The translations under genes were made by a program, and so were the position numbers. A stretch of 64,000 nt of DNA from NCBI GenBank assembly GCA_965261345.1, contig OZ253449.1, forward strand, positions 2,176,001-2,240,000. The letters run 5' to 3'. The DNA comes from Chloroflexota bacterium. GTDB taxonomy: Bacteria; Chloroflexota; UBA11872; VXNJ01. Positions within the stretch are counted from its first letter, which is position 1, and the number at the start of each line of letters is the position of its first letter. The notes under the pieces were generated by a model, which ran no database searches, was not told the DNA's origin, and saw only the letters and a list, made by a program, of their open reading frames with translations. Of the stretch, positions 58,848 through 64,000 are shown piece after piece.

Positions 58848-60275
58848 CTACCAGCCCGGGAGGTAATCGGCCTCGGCGTTGAACAGCTCATCGGTCATCT
58901 TGGCGATCTCGTCGGTACTGCAGACCGCGGCGGTCAGCGGATCGAGCATGAGCGCCTGTTTGGCCAGATCGCGGTCACGGCGCAGTCCGGCCAGGGTCCC
59001 CAGTTCGACAATGCTCATGTTGCTGCGGCAGACCGCCGCCATCTGCGGCGGCAGGGCCCCGTAGGCGGTGGGGGTAACCGATTGGGCGTGGGCCAAACAG
59101 GCCAATTCGACGATCCCGTCGGATGGCAGATTTGAAATCAAGGCGCCGGCGCCGGACCAGTTGTTGGGCACGTTGCCGTGGAAGACGAACGGCTCGTTCT
59201 TGGCCGATGCCTCAATGATCCAGGAGGCATATTCGAAGCTGCGGCGGGTCTCGATCGGCGCGCGGCCGTCGGCCATTGCCCGGCGCGAAGCTTCATCGGC
59301 GGCCCGCCGACTTGGCCAATTGGTCAAGAGGAACCCGGTCTGTCCGTGGTAGCCGCCTCGCATGAAGCGCTCCCTGGTCGTTGCCCGTTTCCGATACCAG
59401 GGCAGGTATTCGGAAAGGTGCCCGGAGCTCTCGGTGATGAAGGCGCCGAAATGGAGCATCATGTCCTTGCGCACCAGATCGAGCGAATCATCGCCCGGTT
59501 CGGCCCGCTCCAGATCGCGGCGCGCCTGGGCCTTTAGCAGCGGATACAGATCGCGCTCCCCGTGTTGGAGCCTTGTAAACCAGGCCAAGTGGTTGATCCC
59601 GGCACATTCCCAGGTCATCTGGTCGTATTCGATCCCGGCCTGCTGAGCCAGCAGCCGGCTGGTGCCCTGGACCGAATGGCAGAGGCCGACGACCCGCATG
59701 TCTGAGGCTTGAGCGGCCGCCTGGCAGAGCATTCCCATCGGGTTGGTGTAGTTGAGGACGATCGCCTCGGGGCAGAATCGCTCGCAGTCGGTAAGGATCT
59801 GCAGAAACGCCGGCAAGGTCCTAAATGTTTTGAAAAGACCGCCCGGTCCGATCGTGTCGCCGATGCACTGATCAACTCCGTAGCGAGCCGGAATCGCGTT
59901 TTCGAATTCGATTGTCTGCAGGCCGGAAACCTCTATCGTTACCACGATCCAATCGGCCCCGGCCAGCAAATTACACCGGTCGGTGTCGGCTTGCAGGTCC
60001 CACTTGATACCAGCTCCGGCCTGGCCGATTAGGGCGCCGATCAACCGGCGCATCGTTGCCAGCCGATCGGGATCGACGTCCACCAAACGGATCTGGCCGC
60101 CGGCGTTGTCGGGGATGGCCAGGATGTCGGCAACTAGCTTGGGGGTGAAATGGCTACCGGCGCCGACGATAACTACGTTGATGGGGGTCGGCATCGCTCC
60201 GGGAAGGCCGCGCTGGTTTTCCGAAACCATCGTTTCGGTCCCGATTGCCGGCACAGTTACGGTTGGGTCAGGCAT
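58848..60275 (-). CDS. melA: Glycoside hydrolase family 4 alpha-galactosidase/glucosidase
   Basis: VGAGS, IP.RYGVDQCIGDT.GPGG, LNYTNPM, GLCHSVQ, AGINH.AW, TESS.H.SEY.PWY, DPLT. Confidence 0.9.
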   Translation of the reverse strand: MPDPTVTVPAIGTETMVSENQRGLPGAMPTPINVVIVGAGSHFTPKLVADILAIPDNAGGQIRLVDVDPDRLATMRRLIGALIGQAGAGIKWDLQADTDRCNLLAGADWIVVTIEVSGLQTIEFENAIPARYGVDQCIGDTIGPGGLFKTFRTLPAFLQILTDCERFCPEAIVLNYTNPMGMLCQAAAQASDMRVVGLCHSVQGTSRLLAQQAGIEYDQMTWECAGINHLAWFTRLQHGERDLYPLLKAQARRDLERAEPGDDSLDLVRKDMMLHFGAFITESSGHLSEYLPWYRKRATTRERFMRGGYHGQTGFLLTNWPSRRAADEASRRAMADGRAPIETRRSFEYASWIIEASAKNEPFVFHGNVPNNWSGAGALISNLPSDGIVELACLAHAQSVTPTAYGALPPQMAAVCRSNMSIVELGTLAGLRRDRDLAKQALMLDPLTAAVCSTDEIAKMTDELFNAEADYLPGW

Positions 60276-60363
60276 TGCGGTCGTTATTCCTTAGCGTCGC
60301 CGGCGGAAGATCGGAGCGGTCGCTCGCGGCACCGATCGGATGTGTGCCTTCGCGGTTGGACAC

Positions 60364-61143
60364 CTAAAAGATCGTAAACCCGCCATCGACGACGAGGTCC
60401 AGGCCGACCGTGAAATTCGAGGCCGCAGACGCCAAGTAAATCACCGCACCCTGAAGGTCCTCGACCGAACCCATGCGCCCGATCGGAGTGTCGCGCAGCC
60501 AGATCGGCTGACAGTGCTCGCGGATCCGGGGGTTGTCGGCCATATCGGTGGTAATGTAGCCGGGGCTGAGGGCGTTGACATAAATGCCATGCGCGATCCA
60601 TTCGGCCGCCAGCGAGCGGGTCAGGTGAATCAGGCCGGCTTTGGAGGTGTTGTAGTGCGCCTGCCACTGCGGGCGGTTGACTATGCTGCCCGACATCGAG
60701 GCGTTGTTGATGATCTTGCCGCCCCCGGTGGGAATCATGGCCCGGGCTTCGGCCTGCATGCATAAGAACGGCCCCTTGAGGTTGGTGTCAATTACCCAGT
60801 CCCAACCCGCTTCCGAGGTGTCCAGGGTGGCGGCGTGCTCGCCGACGCCGGCATTGTTGACTGCAATGTCAAGGCGATCCCAGCGGGCCACTATATCCTC
60901 GACGAATCCATCAACCTCTGATTTTTGGGTCACGTCCGCCGGCAATACCAGGGTGCGTCGCCCAAGGCCGTCGATCGCCGCGGCGGTCTCTTCCAACGGC
61001 GCCTGGCGGCGCCCGACCAGGGCGACGTCGGCCCCGGCTTCAGCCAGCCCAATCGCCAGTGCCCGCCCGATGCCAGAACCGGCGCCGGTTACCACGGCGT
61101 TCTTGTCGGCCAGCGAAAATCGATCGAGTACACCCATCAGCAT
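60364..61143 (-). CDS. SDR-family oxidoreductase (sugar/polyol dehydrogenase-like)
   Basis: TGAGSGIG, NNAG, ASMSG, YNTSK, VNALSPG, VDGG. Confidence 0.93.
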   Translation of the reverse strand: MLMGVLDRFSLADKNAVVTGAGSGIGRALAIGLAEAGADVALVGRRQAPLEETAAAIDGLGRRTLVLPADVTQKSEVDGFVEDIVARWDRLDIAVNNAGVGEHAATLDTSEAGWDWVIDTNLKGPFLCMQAEARAMIPTGGGKIINNASMSGSIVNRPQWQAHYNTSKAGLIHLTRSLAAEWIAHGIYVNALSPGYITTDMADNPRIREHCQPIWLRDTPIGRMGSVEDLQGAVIYLASAASNFTVGLDLVVDGGFTIF

Positions 61144-61236
61144 CTCCTATTTAAGTTGCCTGCCGTCTAACTTTTGCATTAACGCGCTCCTAGAATTTTT
61201 AATGAGTCGGCAGCACCCGGAACGAAAAAATAACCA

Positions 61237-61548
61237 ATGGCAAAAACTGGACCGCGGATCAAGGCCCTCAGCCTGAACCCCGACGCCAAGCCAACCAGAA
61301 TCGATACCGACCGTTACTACCAGATGAAGGCGGCGATCCTGTCCGAAATCTGCGGCCGCAAGCTGGCCATCGCCTTCTCCGATCTGGCTCCGACCCTGGT
61401 GACCAGGCTCCGTGGTCCAGTCTGGCGCGGCGCCTCGATCAAATGGCATGCCACGACCGTAAAGTTGGATCTTGAGGCCCGTGGCCTGATCCACCGGACT
61501 CAGATTCGCAATCGCCAATACCTAAATCCTGGACCCGGATCGCGATGA
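61237..61548 (+). CDS. Small conserved hypothetical protein (winged-helix-like)
   Basis: 103 aa; W....VKLDLEARG.I motif; overlaps the next gene via ATGA. Confidence 0.7.
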   Translation: MAKTGPRIKALSLNPDAKPTRIDTDRYYQMKAAILSEICGRKLAIAFSDLAPTLVTRLRGPVWRGASIKWHATTVKLDLEARGLIHRTQIRNRQYLNPGPGSR

Positions 61549-61943
61549 CAGGCACGGCCTGGTCAAGGCGCCTGGTGCGCTATCTCTATCTACTGGGCGG
61601 CCTGCTGTGCCTGCTGTTGGCAGGCATTGGCGTGGTGGTCCCGGGAATGCCGACCACGGTGTTTCTGTTGCTGGCGGCCGGAGCGTTTGCGCGCAGCTGC
61701 CCGGTTATGTATCGCTGGCTGATCGACAACCGGCTATTTGGCCCTTACCTGCGCGCCTGGCAGGAAAATCCTTCGCTTCCGCGCTGGCTGAAGGCCTACA
61801 TCGTCGCGGTAATACTTTTCAGCGTTACCGCGTCGCTGCTGCTGGCAAACCCGCCGTTCCTGATCGGGGTACCGGCGGTCGGACTGGCGCTGGTGGGCTG
61901 TTATTGGGTCTCGCTCAGGGTTCCCACCCGGACGGCTGGTTGA
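61545..61943 (+). CDS. ybaN: YbaN/DUF454 inner membrane protein
   Basis: GIG.V.PG.PTTVFLLLAA..F.RS.P....WL.....FG. Confidence 0.88.
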   Translation: MTGTAWSRRLVRYLYLLGGLLCLLLAGIGVVVPGMPTTVFLLLAAGAFARSCPVMYRWLIDNRLFGPYLRAWQENPSLPRWLKAYIVAVILFSVTASLLLANPPFLIGVPAVGLALVGCYWVSLRVPTRTAG

Positions 61944-61961
61944 GGCCGGCAAATAACCGCT

Positions 61962-62663
61962 CTAAGCCTTAATCGCCGAGGGACAGAGTTCGGCCAGTTG
62001 GCAGTTAGGGCAATCAGCCCGGCGGGCCTTGCAGATCCGGCGGCCGTGCCAAATCAAGCTATGCCCAAAGAAAACCCACTCGGCCTGGTCCACCAGCGCC
62101 ATTAGGTCCTTTTCAATCCTTACTGGGTCCTGGGCGGTGGTCAATCCCAAGCGTTGGGCGAGCCGGCTGATATGGGTATCTACGACGATCCCGCTGGCGA
62201 TTCCAAACGCGGTTCCAAGCACCACGTTGGCTGTCTTACGGGCTACTCCGCGAAGGGTCAGCAACTCGTCCATCGAGGCGGGCAACCGGCCGTCGTACTC
62301 CTCAACCACCCTGGTCGCGGCGGCCTTGATCGCCCGCGCCTTATTGCGGAAGAACCCGGTGCGCCGAACCAACTCTTCAATTTCAGCAAGATCGGCGGCG
62401 GCAAAGTCGGTCGGCGAGGGAAAGCGGGCAAACAAGGCCGGAGTCTCGGCGTTGACCCGTTCGTCGGTGCATTGCGCCGAAAGAATCGTGGCAACGGTAA
62501 GCTCCCATGCGCTGGAATATTGCAGTTCGCAGTCGGCATCGGGGTACAGCGCCCTGAGTTGGGCCACGATCGTTGCGGTCCGCTCGGTTCGCTTGGCTCG
62601 GCTTTCGCGCCAGCGCCGAATCTTGACTGCGCCGGATTTAGGTTTGGCATTGCGGGCGGCCAA
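61962..62663 (-). CDS. nth: Endonuclease III
   Basis: LSAQCTD.RVN, GFFRNKA, HhH motif L.GVARKTANVVL, VDTH, C......C..C.....C 4Fe-4S motif. Confidence 0.96.
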   Translation of the reverse strand: MAARNAKPKSGAVKIRRWRESRAKRTERTATIVAQLRALYPDADCELQYSSAWELTVATILSAQCTDERVNAETPALFARFPSPTDFAAADLAEIEELVRRTGFFRNKARAIKAAATRVVEEYDGRLPASMDELLTLRGVARKTANVVLGTAFGIASGIVVDTHISRLAQRLGLTTAQDPVRIEKDLMALVDQAEWVFFGHSLIWHGRRICKARRADCPNCQLAELCPSAIKA

Positions 62664-62770
62664 TTAACGCTACCTTTGGTACTTTGCTACATGTCGTGAT
62701 TATCTTGGTAGATTGCCAATCTGCCCGGTTATTGTGAAGGCTGGCGAAAAAGATTTGGAGCTGGCCAGAG

Positions 62771-63637
62771 TTGAGTGGATGGACATTTGAACAGGTTTCG
62801 ACGGGCCACGCCTTTAGCGAAGGGCCCCAGTGGACCGGCGATTCGATCCTGTTTACCGATCTGTACAACCATCGGATCCTCAGATTTGACCCGGCCAGCG
62901 GCCGGACCGAGTGTTACTTTCAGGGCGTGCTGCAGGGCAACGGCCTGCTGTATTCGCAATCTCGCCGGCTCTACTGTTGCGAGATGGTCGGCCGCTGCGT
63001 CTCCGAAATTGGACCCGGCCGTCGGGTGGTGGTCGACTCACATGCCGGTCGCCGGCTCAATTCACCCAACGACATAACCGAGGATTCGGCCGGCCGGCTA
63101 TGGTTTACCGATCCTCGCTACGGCCATATCCGCCGCGATATGGAACTGGATCACGAGTCGATTTTTCGCTATGACCCCGCCGGCGATGGCCTCAAGCGCC
63201 TCACCTTCGATACAACTCGCCCCAATGGTCTGCTGCTGTCGGCCGACGAGAAAACCCTCTACGTGGCCCAGAGCGATTACGGAGAGGCGGCCAAGCGCGA
63301 ACTGCGCGCCTATCCGGTCCTGCCCGACCAGACCCTCGGGCCCCACCGGGTGCTGCACAATTTTTTTCCGGGGCGCGGGGTTGATGGGATGGCCCTTAGT
63401 GACACCGACCACGTCCTGGCGGTCTCGGGTTGGGCGGTGAGCGGGCAGGGCCCGATGATTACGGTTTTTGAAGATTCCGGGCGGGTGACCGAGACCCAGC
63501 CGACACCCTATCCGGTGCCCACCAATATCTGTTTTGGGGGCCCCGATCTTTCCGATCTATACCTGACCGCCGGTGATGGCTGCCTTTACCGGGTCGCCGA
63601 CTCCGGTTACCGTGGCGCCGAACGCTACCGCCGCTGA
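62771..63637 (+). CDS. SMP-30/gluconolactonase-family protein
   Basis: FSEGP.W, NGL, LNSPND, WFTDP, PNGL..S.DE, DGM, TNICFGG. Confidence 0.92.
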   Translation: MSGWTFEQVSTGHAFSEGPQWTGDSILFTDLYNHRILRFDPASGRTECYFQGVLQGNGLLYSQSRRLYCCEMVGRCVSEIGPGRRVVVDSHAGRRLNSPNDITEDSAGRLWFTDPRYGHIRRDMELDHESIFRYDPAGDGLKRLTFDTTRPNGLLLSADEKTLYVAQSDYGEAAKRELRAYPVLPDQTLGPHRVLHNFFPGRGVDGMALSDTDHVLAVSGWAVSGQGPMITVFEDSGRVTETQPTPYPVPTNICFGGPDLSDLYLTAGDGCLYRVADSGYRGAERYRR

Positions 63638-63708
63638 TCGCGGCGGTAGCGAAGAAAATACTGGCCCCAAAAACAGGTAGGCGGTGACCGGGTGATTGGA
63701 TTGGATTC

Positions 63709-64000
63709 TTAGTCGCGATTGGTTCCGGATCGGACGTTGCGGCCGGGCGCGTAGCGGGAAAGCAGGGCCGACCGGTCGATCCACATCTCGCCGACCTGGA
63801 ATGCGAAACCGCCTTGATGGAGTGGCGCCATATCGGCCTGGCCGGTGTCCGCGTGGTCTCTATTGCGGCGCAGGTGCGCGGTTCGTTCTGGCATGTAGAG
63901 AGAGAGCAGGCCGAGCATGTAGGCCCGATCTAGTTCACGGCGCCAGGTTGGCGGTTGCTCGCGGATTGAAAATCCCAACCGCCGAGCTCCCCGAAAAAGT
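63709..64000 (-). CDS. Hypothetical protein; 5' end lies outside the window
   Basis: The frame stays open to the window edge; no recognisable motif. Confidence 0.35.
   Translation of the reverse strand, partial: LFRGARRLGFSIREQPPTWRRELDRAYMLGLLSLYMPERTAHLRRNRDHADTGQADMAPLHQGGFAFQVGEMWIDRSALLSRYAPGRNVRSGTNRD

Noticed and set aside
1-64000. CRISPR arrays, cas genes, rRNA, prophage, reverse transcriptase or intron
   Set aside because: No regularly spaced repeats or signature genes were seen by eye on either strand.

Overview
GC-rich bacterial chromosomal segment. Gene content suggests a Chloroflexota-like, possibly host/sponge-associated lineage, but this is inference only. From start to end it contains: a TCA-cycle cluster (aconitase, sucCD, an sdhAB-like pair, mdh); a second, canonical three-gene succinate dehydrogenase of the mycobacterial Sdh1 type; tRNA-Arg(TCT); a catabolic region for inositol, sugar acids and sulfate esters (iolE-like, iolD, iolG, Gfo/Idh/MocA oxidoreductases, cupins, an RraA-like aldolase, enolase-superfamily dehydratases, four Cys-type sulfatases); Lhr helicase; pepA and trpS; a complete 2448-bp IS1595-family element with four passenger genes and an 8-bp target-site duplication; cfa; a SRAP + dnaE2 + split imuB mutagenesis locus; a sulfite-oxidase-family enzyme; tRNA-Gln(CTG); a secreted LRR protein; gltX; a GH4 glycosidase; an SDR; nth; and two SMP-30 lactonases. 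The most unusual feature is the intact SdhA/SdhB-like pair inside the TCA operon. Its flavoprotein has lost essentially all catalytic residues, and its Fe-S subunit keeps exactly the four [4Fe-4S] ligands while losing the [2Fe-2S] and [3Fe-4S] ligands. This pattern suggests a repurposed pseudo-enzyme complex rather than random decay. All family calls come from motif recognition by eye; no database searches were run.
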